A stretch of DNA of 64,000 bases, from contig JBAQFJ010000001.1 of assembly GCA_049287205.1 (NCBI GenBank), positions 943,653 through 1,007,652 on the forward strand, given 5' to 3'. A model generated the notes under the pieces. The model was not told the DNA's origin, searched no databases, and saw nothing but the letters and a program-made list of their open reading frames with translations. The translations under genes were made by a program, and so were the position numbers. The stretch is from Microgenomates group bacterium. GTDB lineage: Bacteria; Patescibacteriota; Microgenomatia; UBA10105; UBA927. Below, one piece after another: positions 8,136 to 18,170 of this stretch. Each line of letters starts with the position of its first letter. The first letter of the stretch is position 1.

Positions 8136-9077
8136 TTACTTAAATGTAATCGTTGCCACAATCGATTTAAATACTGCGTCATCTGCAGCAAAATCGGCCG
8201 TGATACCACTCGGCGAGAAGTGATTTATTTCAAATGAGAGTGTATCCGTTACTTCAATCATGTATCCATGCATCGTTGTAAATGTATACCCGCCAACGGT
8301 TGACCCTGTTGTGTCTGTCGTATATTCAGTTGCTTTTTTTCCGCCAACTGTCGTTTCTTTGGTTATGAGCGCTTTTCCTGACGCATCACTGATGATTTTT
8401 CCCCGATAATCAGCAAGCACTTCCCCTACTCCACGTGGCGCGATGGTGAGTCGTGTTCCACCCGATAAATATGTACCTTGTGATCCGCAGCTTGACCCAT
8501 CACATACCGGTGCCAATACTGTTCCCGGAAGACTCAGTTGGATGGTAGTAATAGGAGATCTTGTTGTTCCATGAACCGGATTATACTGCTTCCAAGCACT
8601 TGAGGAGGCAAGTGGTGTTGGTGTAGTGAATGTTTTTGGTATAGCAAGCACTGAAAGACTACTCTCTGTCGCCACCGCTGTGGTTGGCAGTATTTCAGCC
8701 GGTGCAGTGGTTGGAGTAAGAATGGTTTTTGTTGTGACTTTTGATTCAGAAGTTTTTGTAATGAGGGTACGTATCACACCGCTTAATGCATATCCCACAA
8801 TGAAAAGAATAAGAAAGATAAAAAATCCTTTGATGAATGTTTTTGGTGACCGTTTGTTTGACGGCACTACAGGTGTTTCAACTGATGGAGGGGACATTGG
8901 TTCTTCAGCAGACATGGCGGGTGGTGTTTCCGGTTGTTTTTCACTTTGTTCCTGAATTGGAGTAATTACCGGTGTTTCTTCGTATTGGATATCGGGTGTT
9001 TGTACTTTTGGTTCAAAAGAAGTTGATTCGTCATCCATAGTAATAATTATTGTTTCACGAGTTGGAAACAGTGTCAA
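8136..9077 (-). CDS. Hypothetical Thr/Pro-rich, membrane-anchored extracellular protein
   Basis: Single TM helix (FFIFLILFIVGYAL) and a low-complexity T/P/S-rich region. Confidence 0.4.
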   Translation of the reverse strand: MTLFPTRETIIITMDDESTSFEPKVQTPDIQYEETPVITPIQEQSEKQPETPPAMSAEEPMSPPSVETPVVPSNKRSPKTFIKGFFIFLILFIVGYALSGVIRTLITKTSESKVTTKTILTPTTAPAEILPTTAVATESSLSVLAIPKTFTTPTPLASSSAWKQYNPVHGTTRSPITTIQLSLPGTVLAPVCDGSSCGSQGTYLSGGTRLTIAPRGVGEVLADYRGKIISDASGKALITKETTVGGKKATEYTTDTTGSTVGGYTFTTMHGYMIEVTDTLSFEINHFSPSGITADFAADDAVFKSIVATITFK

Positions 9078-9095
9078 TCGTAAGAAGAGTGTCTA

Positions 9096-9659
9096 TTATG
9101 CCCGTTCGACATAGCTTCCGGTTTCAGGATCAATGGCAATCAGTTCACCTTCTTTGATGAACAGTGGAACAGTAACAATAGCGCCCGTTTCAACAGTCAC
9201 TGTTTTTGTGGCTCCTGACATGGTATTTCCCTTTGCACCTTCCGTTGCCTCTGTTACCACAAGTCGAACTTTTTTAGGAAGCCGAATACCAACAGCCTCT
9301 TCTTCGTGAACGAGCACCTGATACGTGTCATTTGGTTTCAGGAATTTAACGAAGTCGCCAAGTAATGTTCCTTTTACTGTTACCTGATCAAATGTCTGAT
9401 TGTTCATAAACACATAATCGTCCCCTTCGGGATAGAGATATTGCATTTCCTGCGTTTCAACAGGAAGCTCCTCAACGGATTCACCGGATTTGTATGTGAA
9501 TTCCTGTACTTTTCCTGTGGTGAGTGATTTTAACCGAGTTCTTACAAATGCCGAGCCCTTACCCGGGTTGACGCGCTGAAATTCCACAATTTGGTGCGGT
9601 TGATCTTTAAACGTGATGAATATTCCGTTTTTGAAATCTGATGTTGTTATAGAGGACAT
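9096..9659 (-). CDS. efp: Translation elongation factor P
   Basis: Start taken at the internal Met (MSSITTSDFKNG). The conserved loop NPGKGSA carries Lys at position 34. Confidence 0.85.
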   Translation of the reverse strand: MSSITTSDFKNGIFITFKDQPHQIVEFQRVNPGKGSAFVRTRLKSLTTGKVQEFTYKSGESVEELPVETQEMQYLYPEGDDYVFMNNQTFDQVTVKGTLLGDFVKFLKPNDTYQVLVHEEEAVGIRLPKKVRLVVTEATEGAKGNTMSGATKTVTVETGAIVTVPLFIKEGELIAIDPETGSYVERA

Positions 9660-9684
9660 GGAAGCTATTATCCCACGAACAGGC

Positions 9685-10722
9685 TTATTTTTCAAACAGT
9701 TCAACACTTGGAAAGAAGAGTGTGTCAGCAATACGAGTTGTGTCGGCAAATAACATGATCAGCCGGTCAAGACCGACTGCAATTCCGCTTGTGTCCGGCA
9801 TACCAACCTTCAAGCTTTCAATAAAATCATGATCATAGTCATAGGTCGTTTTTCCGAGACGTTTAATTTCTGTGAGCTCCCAGTCAAATCGATCCTGTTG
9901 TTCTTTCCAATCGGTCAGTTCTGTATAACAATCGCCCAGTTCGAGACCACCGATATACCATTCAAACCGTTCTGCATAGTTTGGATTCTCTTTTTTCTTT
10001 TTAGACAAGGCAGCGAGGCATCCCGGAAATTCATAAATAATTGTGGGTTGGGTTTTTCCCAAATGCGGTTCAATTTCGTTGAGGTAAATCTGATCGTAGA
10101 GTTCTTCCCATGTGTTTGTATCTTTTACAGTATACCCTTTTTGTGCGGCAATGCTTCTTGCTTTTTTGTTGTCTAAAAATTCGTCAAAATTGATGCCAGC
10201 CCATTTTTGGAATGCTTCCTTGATTGTTATTTTTTCCCAAACGCCTGCAAGATCAAATGTCACTCCCTGATATGTGAGTGTATTTCCATTGCCAAGCGCA
10301 TGATTTATAGATAACAGCATATTTTTGCAGTCATCCATGAGTGATGTGTACGTTGCTCCTACACGATACCATTCAAGAATAGTAAATTCCGGATTATGTG
10401 TGTGACTGTCTGTTTCCATGTTTCTGAAGCTTTTTGTGATGCTGTAGCAATTGCCGATGCCAGCGACAATGAGTTTTTTTAGTGCAAGCTCCGGAGAAGT
10501 GGATAAATATGCGGGTATACTTTTTCGGTCTCTATCTAGTAGTTTTGTTTCAAAGACATCAAGGTAGCTTTCTGCAGCAGGCGCCCCAAGGAGTAAAGGA
10601 GTTTCAACTTCATGAAACTGTTCTTTATCAAAGAAGGAACGCACTCTGCGAATGACGTGTTCTCGAACGAAATATCGATCCCAGAGTTTCGGATTTTGCT
10701 TTAATGCTTGCCAGGTTTTCAT
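9685..10722 (-). CDS. epmA: EF-P lysine-34 lysyltransferase EpmA (PoxA/GenX) paralog of the class II LysRS catalytic core
   Basis: Class II motifs FHEVETPLL and FRNMETDSHTHNPEFTILEWY are present and there is no N-terminal anticodon-binding domain. Start at MKTWQALK, where ATGA overlaps the upstream ORF's stop. The gene sits immediately upstream of efp. Confidence 0.65.
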   Translation of the reverse strand: MKTWQALKQNPKLWDRYFVREHVIRRVRSFFDKEQFHEVETPLLLGAPAAESYLDVFETKLLDRDRKSIPAYLSTSPELALKKLIVAGIGNCYSITKSFRNMETDSHTHNPEFTILEWYRVGATYTSLMDDCKNMLLSINHALGNGNTLTYQGVTFDLAGVWEKITIKEAFQKWAGINFDEFLDNKKARSIAAQKGYTVKDTNTWEELYDQIYLNEIEPHLGKTQPTIIYEFPGCLAALSKKKKENPNYAERFEWYIGGLELGDCYTELTDWKEQQDRFDWELTEIKRLGKTTYDYDHDFIESLKVGMPDTSGIAVGLDRLIMLFADTTRIADTLFFPSVELFEK

Positions 10723-10988
10723 GAAGACCGTTTTTTCTTTGTTGCCCTTTTTGCCATTGGTTTTGCGCCAATTCCTGCAAAAGCTCTCACGACAAACAAG
10801 AGATAACAAATTTCCAGAATTCCCACTGTGTTTACTACCAATAGTCCGATAAACCACCATTTTTCATTTCGTTTCGCGGCATGCCATAAGGCAAATCCTT
10901 TCCATGCAAGACTCCAAATCATTGTGGGAATAAAACCGATACTCATCCATGGAAGCATGTTTATTGTTTCTCCGTTTAGCCAGTGCAT
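10719..10988 (-). CDS. Small Trp-rich membrane protein (2 TM), translationally coupled to epmA
   Basis: 89 aa with two hydrophobic helices. Its stop overlaps the epmA start (ATGA). Confidence 0.4.
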   Translation of the reverse strand: MHWLNGETINMLPWMSIGFIPTMIWSLAWKGFALWHAAKRNEKWWFIGLLVVNTVGILEICYLLFVVRAFAGIGAKPMAKRATKKKRSS

Positions 10989-10997
10989 AGTCCCCCT

Positions 10998-11678
10998 TTA
11001 TTTCATAAGTCGGTATACCTTGGCTTTTTCTTTCAGCGCGGCATACCACGTTTGTAATTGTTCACTAACTTTTTGTGTAAGAATTGCTTCCCGTGCTTCT
11101 TTTTGCATTCCATCAGAGTCTGTTGCAATAAGGGTTGACGGGTTATCTGCAATGTATGTTGTCACCTCATCATCAGTGATTGTGATATCTTTTCCGATGA
11201 TTTTTGTAAGCTGCATCTGTAGTTTGATTTGCTGATCAAAATCTTCTTTCGTCATTCCCTGATAGCTCAAGACTTCCTCTAATGTGACATTTCCACCGAA
11301 ACTTGCAAGAATTTCTTGTTCTTTCGCTTCAATTTCTTCTTTTGACACGGTCACTTTTTGTTTTGCCGCCTCGTCGCTGATGAGCTGTTCTGTAATCATG
11401 TTTTCCAGTGTTTGTGTTCCATATCGTGATACAAGCGCTTTATTTACCGTTGATCTGAAAATAAGTTTATTATTCACTACTGCAGCTATGATAAGGCCGC
11501 GATTTACCGCGAGAATTCCAAGAATAATTACACCAAGAACGATTGCGATGATTCCTGTTTTTGAAATACCTGTCTGTTTCGAAGGCTCAACTTGGAATGT
11601 CGGAAGTTCACTAGGCATAAAAACAACTTTTTTTGCCTGTGAAATTCGTTTTTTTGCGGTTTTCATTTTCTTTGCCAT
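10998..11678 (-). CDS. Membrane-anchored SurA/PrsA N-terminal-domain-like chaperone protein
   Basis: N-terminal TM helix, then a SurA_N-like region (NNKLIFRSTVNKALVSRYG...). No obvious PPIase domain. Confidence 0.45.
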   Translation of the reverse strand: MAKKMKTAKKRISQAKKVVFMPSELPTFQVEPSKQTGISKTGIIAIVLGVIILGILAVNRGLIIAAVVNNKLIFRSTVNKALVSRYGTQTLENMITEQLISDEAAKQKVTVSKEEIEAKEQEILASFGGNVTLEEVLSYQGMTKEDFDQQIKLQMQLTKIIGKDITITDDEVTTYIADNPSTLIATDSDGMQKEAREAILTQKVSEQLQTWYAALKEKAKVYRLMK

Positions 11679-11771
11679 ATAGGTTGCTCCTTTTTAAACG
11701 GACAGATGAATCTTGCTATGGGTATCATCCTATCATGTTTTTGGGCGCGAAACAAGAAAAATCTTTTTTAA

Positions 11772-12473
11772 TTATGTTCTTTTTGCAGGGCAAAATTGTG
11801 CAAGTGCACACGTTTGACAAAGTGGATGCACTGCTCTGCACACCGCCCTTCCATGCTCAATGAGCTGATATGTGATGGTATTCCATTTTTCTTTTGGAAG
11901 TAATTGTTGCAGTTCACTCTCAATCTTTTCTGGTATCGCGTCTTTAATAAAATCGATTGTTTTGCGGGAAGTATCTGTGTACATGTATGTTTTTCCGCCG
12001 ATTGTAGGAAGTGACACCAAACGGAGCCGTTGACTTAAACGGATGACATGTGTATCAACAGCAATACCTTTTGTCACATTAAACGCGTTTGAAAGTACAA
12101 CATTTGCTGTTTTTCTTGCTACTCCTTTGATTGTAAGGAGCGATTCCATAGTTTTCGGCACTTCCCCTTTATACACGGCATTGATGCGTTTGGCCGCAGC
12201 GATAATATTTTTTGCTTTATTTTTATAAAATCCGGTTTTTTTGACAAGTGTTTCTACTGTATGGTTCGATGCAGATGCGATATCTTGTATTGTCGGATAC
12301 GTGGAAAATAACAGAGGGGTTACGCTGTTTACCATTTTATCTGTACATTGAGCCGAAAGCATGACGGCTACAAGGAGCTCCCAAGGAGACTGATACGTAA
12401 GCATAATATGTGCGTTCGGATAGTCTTTTTCAAGAATTGACAGAAGTGTATGTATTCGTACATCATCCTTCAT
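11772..12473 (-). CDS. nth: Endonuclease III (DNA glycosylase/AP lyase)
   Basis: HhH-GPD region (GVARKTANVVL) and a C-terminal CxxxxxxCxxCxxxxxC 4Fe-4S cluster loop. Confidence 0.8.
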   Translation of the reverse strand: MKDDVRIHTLLSILEKDYPNAHIMLTYQSPWELLVAVMLSAQCTDKMVNSVTPLLFSTYPTIQDIASASNHTVETLVKKTGFYKNKAKNIIAAAKRINAVYKGEVPKTMESLLTIKGVARKTANVVLSNAFNVTKGIAVDTHVIRLSQRLRLVSLPTIGGKTYMYTDTSRKTIDFIKDAIPEKIESELQQLLPKEKWNTITYQLIEHGRAVCRAVHPLCQTCALAQFCPAKRT

Positions 12474-12511
12474 ATTGCGTTATGACGCTCTGATCAATAC
12501 AATAAAAACAG

Positions 12512-13114
12512 ATGGCGCTTATGAATATTCTATCACGGATGCAAAAGCAGTTATTACCGCATATTTCCCGAATATTCTCCGCATTGCCAAATTTGTCTCA
12601 GTTCCGGTTTACCATATTAGCCTCATTTTTTGCTTTTGTGGCACTCAATGTTTGGATGTCCCGTGTGACTCCAAATGAGTTGATTATAGAGCGTATGGAT
12701 CTTCTCTCTTCCCCTTTTTCGAGCACCAATCACATCCTGCTAGGAAAGCAGTTCTATGCCTTAGGAAATATGTCGGATGCCACGAAAGAATTATATTTAG
12801 CTCGTCAGGTGTCTACGTTTTCACCTCCGTTTTCATTTTTTGTTCCCAGTGTGCTTGGTGCACAGTCAGAGCCGACCGATGTCTTAAGCGCGTGGGAACA
12901 AGACCGATCGTATACACATCGTGCATATTCGTTTTGGAAAACAGTCGTTGAGAAGAATCCGGACTATCGAGATGCATACATCACTCTTGCAAAAATTTGT
13001 CTTCGTCTGGATAAGCGTGATGCAGCAATCACGTATGTAAAAACAGCATATCTATTAGATCCTAATGACGAAATCATACAAGAATTTGCAGCGCAACTTG
13101 GGGTGTTACTCTAA
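12512..13114 (+). CDS. Hypothetical membrane-anchored TPR-like repeat protein
   Basis: N-terminal hydrophobic segment followed by helical-repeat-like sequence. Confidence 0.4.
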   Translation: MALMNILSRMQKQLLPHISRIFSALPNLSQFRFTILASFFAFVALNVWMSRVTPNELIIERMDLLSSPFSSTNHILLGKQFYALGNMSDATKELYLARQVSTFSPPFSFFVPSVLGAQSEPTDVLSAWEQDRSYTHRAYSFWKTVVEKNPDYRDAYITLAKICLRLDKRDAAITYVKTAYLLDPNDEIIQEFAAQLGVLL

Positions 13115-13118
13115 AGAA

Positions 13119-13787
13119 TTATTCTTCTTTTGTCTCTTCCGCTGGTGCCGCTTCGCCTTCTTTTGTCTCTTCCGCTGGTTTTTCTTCCCCTTCTGCAGCG
13201 TTTTCGGTTACTACCGGCTCCGGCTCCTTTTCCACAATAAATGCGCCAATTTTAACAACAATGAGCGTTGGGTCTGTTAACACCTCAACACCTGTTGGAA
13301 TGGTTAATTCTCCAACAATAATTTGGTCATTCACAGCGGCAAGTCCTGTAATATCGACCTCGATTTTTTCCGGAAGCTCAGCAGGCAGCGCCTCTACCTC
13401 AATATGATCCATTAACGGCATAAGCACGCCAATTTTTTCTTTGATTGCCATTGGTTCTCCGATAAGTTCTACGGGAACTTCTGCATGTACCTTTTCTTTC
13501 AAATTCACTTCATGGAATTCCACATGAAGAATCGCAGCTGTTATTGGATGTACCTGTACAGTGTGAATTAATACCGGGTGTTTTTTTCCTGTTATAGTAA
13601 GTTCGATAAGTCCAGTTTCCCCTGCTTCGTGGTAGACTTTTTTAAAATCCGCTGCAGAAACGCTGATTGTTTCTGGTTCAACGCCTTTACCATAGACCGT
13701 TGCAGGTGTTTGTCCATTTGCACGGACAGATTTAACCTGTTTACCTTTGATAGTACGGATTTCTCCCTGGAGTGTATGTGAACTCAT
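13119..13787 (-). CDS. rplY: 50S ribosomal protein L25 (Ctc form) with a repetitive acidic C-terminal tail
   Basis: N-terminal L25 fold sequence (GKGVEPETISV...). The tail is encoded by a 33-bp-period direct DNA repeat at 13126-13181. Confidence 0.7.
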   Translation of the reverse strand: MSSHTLQGEIRTIKGKQVKSVRANGQTPATVYGKGVEPETISVSAADFKKVYHEAGETGLIELTITGKKHPVLIHTVQVHPITAAILHVEFHEVNLKEKVHAEVPVELIGEPMAIKEKIGVLMPLMDHIEVEALPAELPEKIEVDITGLAAVNDQIIVGELTIPTGVEVLTDPTLIVVKIGAFIVEKEPEPVVTENAAEGEEKPAEETKEGEAAPAEETKEE

Positions 13788-13791
13788 AGTG

Positions 13792-16308
13792 CTATTCCTT
13801 TATAAAACGTATTTGTATGTCGGAATCTTCCAACATCGTGCTATTGTACTCGAGATACCCTTCGTTTGCAAGTGTTATGCCTTCAGATTTGCCTGTGTTA
13901 AGCAATTTCCAGACAGCCGGATACTGCACACGAATAATGGTTGGCACTGTATCAATTCCCGATTGTTTTTGTCCAAAAATATACAGATCAAATTGTTTTG
14001 AAATGGCTGTCTCTTTATTTGTATATTCATACTGTATGGAAACGGTTGTTTTTTGGGACGGTTCGAGCGAGAACGCAACCGCGACTACGGAAAAATCAGC
14101 GCGTGTTGTGTCAAGTTCCCCGTACGGAAATACGAGTGGCGTGTTTTTTTTCGTTGGTTTTGCAGGTACGGACATATTGTCGATAGTAAAATTTGTAATA
14201 TGCGCCTGAACAGGAACATAGAAGCGCATATAATTTTTGTATGCCCCACTCCCCACCTGATTGTTGGAGGTGTTCCGTATTATTCTTGTTATATTTTCAG
14301 TAATTTTTCCTGCAGCATCAATAGTAATGGCTCTTGTGTCATCACGTTGTATATAATAATTTGTTTTGTTCACTCCAAGATTGGATTCAATAATTGTGTT
14401 GTAATCAAATACGCATGGTGTCGCCACATCTTTACAGTACGTTTTACTCGGGATAATACCCGCCCACGCAAATTGTTTGGATAATTGTTGTGCTTCCGGA
14501 TGAACAAAATACATTTGTATATTTCTATTTCGTAAGGCTTCATCAATAATACTGAATGCCTGAATACCGGATAATTTTTTGTTCCCCAAAAATGACGTCA
14601 TTACCGTTTTGACTAAGTTTCCAAGGAAATCTTTTTTTTGTGTTGATCCGGGAAAAAAATCCGTTTGGGTATACGAGAAAGATTTTTCATAAAAGTTCTC
14701 AGCTGTAATGACGTCTTTTGTATCAAGAATTTGAATTGAACCGAGAATTTTTAAAATTTGTATGATAAGCGACGAGTTGATCGCGATGACACCTTGTACG
14801 GTTTTTCCTGTTTCCTTTTCATAAAACCACATTGCGCGTTTTGCAGCCTCCTCAAAATTTGGATCCCAATTGCTGTCCCTGAGATACCAATGCTCCTGTT
14901 CCATGATGTCACGAATGGGGTTTGGTGGGTCGACATGACCTCGCAGTTGTCCGTCGACTGCATAGACATCCTGCACTTCCATTGAGTTTATGACACCATC
15001 CTCAATTGACATTTCCATAATTGAACCAATAAATCCTCCGGTTGGCCGAAGTTCTGTGCTATTTTGAAAAAGAAACAACAGATGAAGCGGTTCTTTAAAG
15101 CCTGCGATGTACGGGTATAACAATAATAAACGTTCTGCAGTTTGCAGCCGAGTTCGCACAATCTCTAAAATATCGATTCCCTGTTCAGCCTTGATTGTGA
15201 TGGAGGGAATTGACAGTGGAAAAGGAGGATGTTTCATTATTTGTTCAATGAGACGGTATGACAGATCTAGGTTAGTATGGAGAGAAAATATTTGTGTTTT
15301 TAGTTTTTCAACCTGCACCACTGTTGTCGTTGCATCTGCCTTTGATAAATCCGTGGTGAAAAAGGACTGACTGAAATCAGTTGCTAAATTTTCTATTTCT
15401 ATTGTCGATGCAAGTGTTGCTGATACTTTTTCAAGCGTGGTAATACTATTGGTGTCTGCAATGGTGTCTTGATGTATAAGATGAAATAGTGTTTGCACGT
15501 ATGGGAGGAGTCTGCGTGCATGTGTTGACCAAGATTGCATGGAATGTGCCGGCTCCTTAATACAGGGAAGGTTTGGTTTTGTAAGACATAATGATTGCCG
15601 ATAGATAATAATCAGCATTGCGCCAAGCGAGACTACATAGAGACATATTGGCAGGAGGAATGAAAACAAAAGCAGGCTTAGGATTAGTCGAATTTTTCTG
15701 CTTTTACTTTTTTTCCGGTTATTCGGAATTTTCGTTTTAGATATTTCTTTCACTTCCTTTGTTAAAAATGTTTGCGCTATGGTGTGTGCAATTCGTTGTA
15801 TGTCATGTTGTACATCTGTTGTATTTTCCTTTTCCGGCTCACGTTGTTTAGGTGTTTTTTCAAACGACTGCGTTTCTGTTTCAGACTTTGTATTTTTTTG
15901 TATGGGCGCAGTTTGATAGTTTTTAATTTTCTGTGTCCCCGTAAAAAAAAAGTTGCAAAGTTTTTCGAGAACAGAAGCGGTAATGGGTTTTGGATCAATA
16001 AGTGCATATTTTGTATATGGGGAATTTAAACTGGCTACATCATCTTCGTTAACCTCCCATATGACACTCATAGCCTTTTGACTGGTAATTTTATGATTAT
16101 CGAGAATATATTTCACAAAGATAAGATCGCCAACAATAAGATGATATGTTGTGTATGCGCTTGGTGAAGAATTAATAAAAACCTGACATCCGTTTAACGC
16201 AAAGAATTCCCGTAACGGTTCAACATAGTTTTCATCAAGCGCGTCGATACGTACCACCGGTGATGCGATCGTTTCGTTATGAATTTCTGCTTTTGTGTCC
16301 GTTTTCAT
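13792..16308 (-). CDS. Large (838 aa) hypothetical protein: ~190-aa cytoplasmic N-domain, one TM, ~600-aa extracellular domain
   Basis: TM helix IRLILSLLLFSFLLPICLYVVSLGAMLIIIY. No recognised catalytic motif. Confidence 0.5.
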   Translation of the reverse strand: MKTDTKAEIHNETIASPVVRIDALDENYVEPLREFFALNGCQVFINSSPSAYTTYHLIVGDLIFVKYILDNHKITSQKAMSVIWEVNEDDVASLNSPYTKYALIDPKPITASVLEKLCNFFFTGTQKIKNYQTAPIQKNTKSETETQSFEKTPKQREPEKENTTDVQHDIQRIAHTIAQTFLTKEVKEISKTKIPNNRKKSKSRKIRLILSLLLFSFLLPICLYVVSLGAMLIIIYRQSLCLTKPNLPCIKEPAHSMQSWSTHARRLLPYVQTLFHLIHQDTIADTNSITTLEKVSATLASTIEIENLATDFSQSFFTTDLSKADATTTVVQVEKLKTQIFSLHTNLDLSYRLIEQIMKHPPFPLSIPSITIKAEQGIDILEIVRTRLQTAERLLLLYPYIAGFKEPLHLLFLFQNSTELRPTGGFIGSIMEMSIEDGVINSMEVQDVYAVDGQLRGHVDPPNPIRDIMEQEHWYLRDSNWDPNFEEAAKRAMWFYEKETGKTVQGVIAINSSLIIQILKILGSIQILDTKDVITAENFYEKSFSYTQTDFFPGSTQKKDFLGNLVKTVMTSFLGNKKLSGIQAFSIIDEALRNRNIQMYFVHPEAQQLSKQFAWAGIIPSKTYCKDVATPCVFDYNTIIESNLGVNKTNYYIQRDDTRAITIDAAGKITENITRIIRNTSNNQVGSGAYKNYMRFYVPVQAHITNFTIDNMSVPAKPTKKNTPLVFPYGELDTTRADFSVVAVAFSLEPSQKTTVSIQYEYTNKETAISKQFDLYIFGQKQSGIDTVPTIIRVQYPAVWKLLNTGKSEGITLANEGYLEYNSTMLEDSDIQIRFIKE

Positions 16309-16471
16309 AGAAGTTCGTGCATTGGAGCTATTGTATTATGACAAAAAGGAAACACGAAAACAACCTGATTATATAGCCTGCACATTATATTATTTTTGTA
16401 TCCCAACATGAGTGGCCCAGCAGTACTTGTTATACATTCGATGAAGACTCCAAGTGTGTAAAAATCAGCAC

Positions 16472-16921
16472 TTAGTTTGAAGCATCAAGCGCCTGGTTTA
16501 CAAAAAAGTCCGCCCGTTTATTGAGTTCCCGTCTGACAGCAGTGTAGATAACTTTTCCACAAAGAATCCGTTCAAGAGATTTTACTTGTGCGGCTAAAAT
16601 TTGCAGCTTTGTATCTTTAATTTTAAATGTTCCCATGAGTTGATTGACGACAAGCAACGAATCCAATATGAATGTGATTTGTTCCGCCTGTTCCCCTTTT
16701 GACTGAAGATATTGCAGCGCCTTGATGACTGCGGTATATTCAGCAACATTATTTGTTGTGTCCCCTATCTTTTCGCCAAATTCCGCGAGTAATGTTCCAT
16801 TTTTCTCTATTACAACGCCAATTGCAGCTGGTCCGGGATTGCCTCTTGCTCCCCCGTCTGTGTGAATGGTAAATGCATTATTCATGGCACAAGTATCGCA
16901 CTCCCGTTTCTCTTCTGTCAA
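16472..16921 (-). CDS. Ribonuclease H, type 1 (archaeal-like RNase HI family)
   Basis: DGGARGNPGPAAIGVVI and TNNVAEYTAVIKAL motifs. Confidence 0.7.
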   Translation of the reverse strand: MTEEKRECDTCAMNNAFTIHTDGGARGNPGPAAIGVVIEKNGTLLAEFGEKIGDTTNNVAEYTAVIKALQYLQSKGEQAEQITFILDSLLVVNQLMGTFKIKDTKLQILAAQVKSLERILCGKVIYTAVRRELNKRADFFVNQALDASN

Positions 16922-18153
16922 GCGCGTTTGATTGAAAAAAATGAAGTAAGGAGTATAAAAAGTTCAGAGATTAGGGTTATGTATGCCGCGGCCATGTATC
17001 CATACGTTGGAATAAATAGTATATTTGCAATAATGTTGAATACCATGGAAAGTGCATAAATTATCAACATTTGTTTCTGCCTTTTTTCAACAACCAACAC
17101 CCACATAGTTAATGAACTGAGATAGAAAATCGGCAGTCCAACAAGCAGCACTTTAAACGGAAGAATGCTCGAGACAAATTCCGGTTTAATCATGGTAATG
17201 AGCGGCGATACTATCCAGCCGGCAACAGCTACGAAAAGGGATAATAGAAAAAGTGCAATACTAGCGTTTCGAATTTGCGACCGCAGTTTTTTTTCGTCCG
17301 CTTCTTTTTTTGCACGCATGAGCGAAGGAAGCGCTGCATTCATAAAAAATGTTGGGATGACTAATGCCATTTCAAAAAATTTATACGCCAGTCCATACGT
17401 TCCAACCTCCATTGTTGATCTGGTAATTGTGAGAACGACGCTGTCTATTCTGAAATATACGACATTGAACAGCAGGGTAATTCCTAATGGCAGGGCAGTG
17501 AGCAAAAGTTTTTTTATCGTCTTCACGTCAACAGTGAGCGATGGTAAACCTGCGAATTTTTTGACAAAAAAAAGAGCAATGATTGTTGTAAAAAGGGAGC
17601 CGAGTAAAAATGCTAGCAAGCTCCCAAACACCATCGCATTTGGAAGAAGAATTTTTGTCAGCGCCAGAATACACACAAGCGTTACAAGCGAACCTGCAAT
17701 TGTTGCGTATGTGGCAAAGTCATATCGTAATCGTTCTTGAAAGAATGCGTTTGTAGTTGTGATAATCGCCTGAAATAGTACTGTTGGAGTGAACAGAATA
17801 ATTCCCATTTTTACCATTGTTGAGTAACCTTGTTCAGATGAACCGGGAAGAAATGTGGTAATTGCAAGGGTAATAAACATTAACAAAAGACTTAAAACAA
17901 ATCGGGTAGTAAATAAGGCATTTTTTAATTGTTTGTCTGTTTGTTTTTCTTTCAGTTGTAAATACGCAGCGTTGAGCCCAAAGTCACAGAATAGATAAAA
18001 GAATGCTACATAGGTCGTAATTTTTGTGAAGTCGCCGTAGCCATCAACTCCAAGTGCTCGAGCTAGAAGAATGCTGACAAAGAATGTTGTTCCGCCAGAT
18101 ATAATTTTCCCAATGATCTGCGCCAATGTGTTAAGCGCGATTGTTTTTTTCAT
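16918..18153 (-). CDS. Polysaccharide/oligosaccharide flippase (MOP/Wzx family)
   Basis: About 12 TM helices. N-terminal NTLAQIIGKIISGGTTFFVSILLARALG is typical of the PST family. Confidence 0.65.
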   Translation of the reverse strand: MKKTIALNTLAQIIGKIISGGTTFFVSILLARALGVDGYGDFTKITTYVAFFYLFCDFGLNAAYLQLKEKQTDKQLKNALFTTRFVLSLLLMFITLAITTFLPGSSEQGYSTMVKMGIILFTPTVLFQAIITTTNAFFQERLRYDFATYATIAGSLVTLVCILALTKILLPNAMVFGSLLAFLLGSLFTTIIALFFVKKFAGLPSLTVDVKTIKKLLLTALPLGITLLFNVVYFRIDSVVLTITRSTMEVGTYGLAYKFFEMALVIPTFFMNAALPSLMRAKKEADEKKLRSQIRNASIALFLLSLFVAVAGWIVSPLITMIKPEFVSSILPFKVLLVGLPIFYLSSLTMWVLVVEKRQKQMLIIYALSMVFNIIANILFIPTYGYMAAAYITLISELFILLTSFFSIKRA

Positions 18154-18170
18154 ACCTGCCTTCTATTGTA

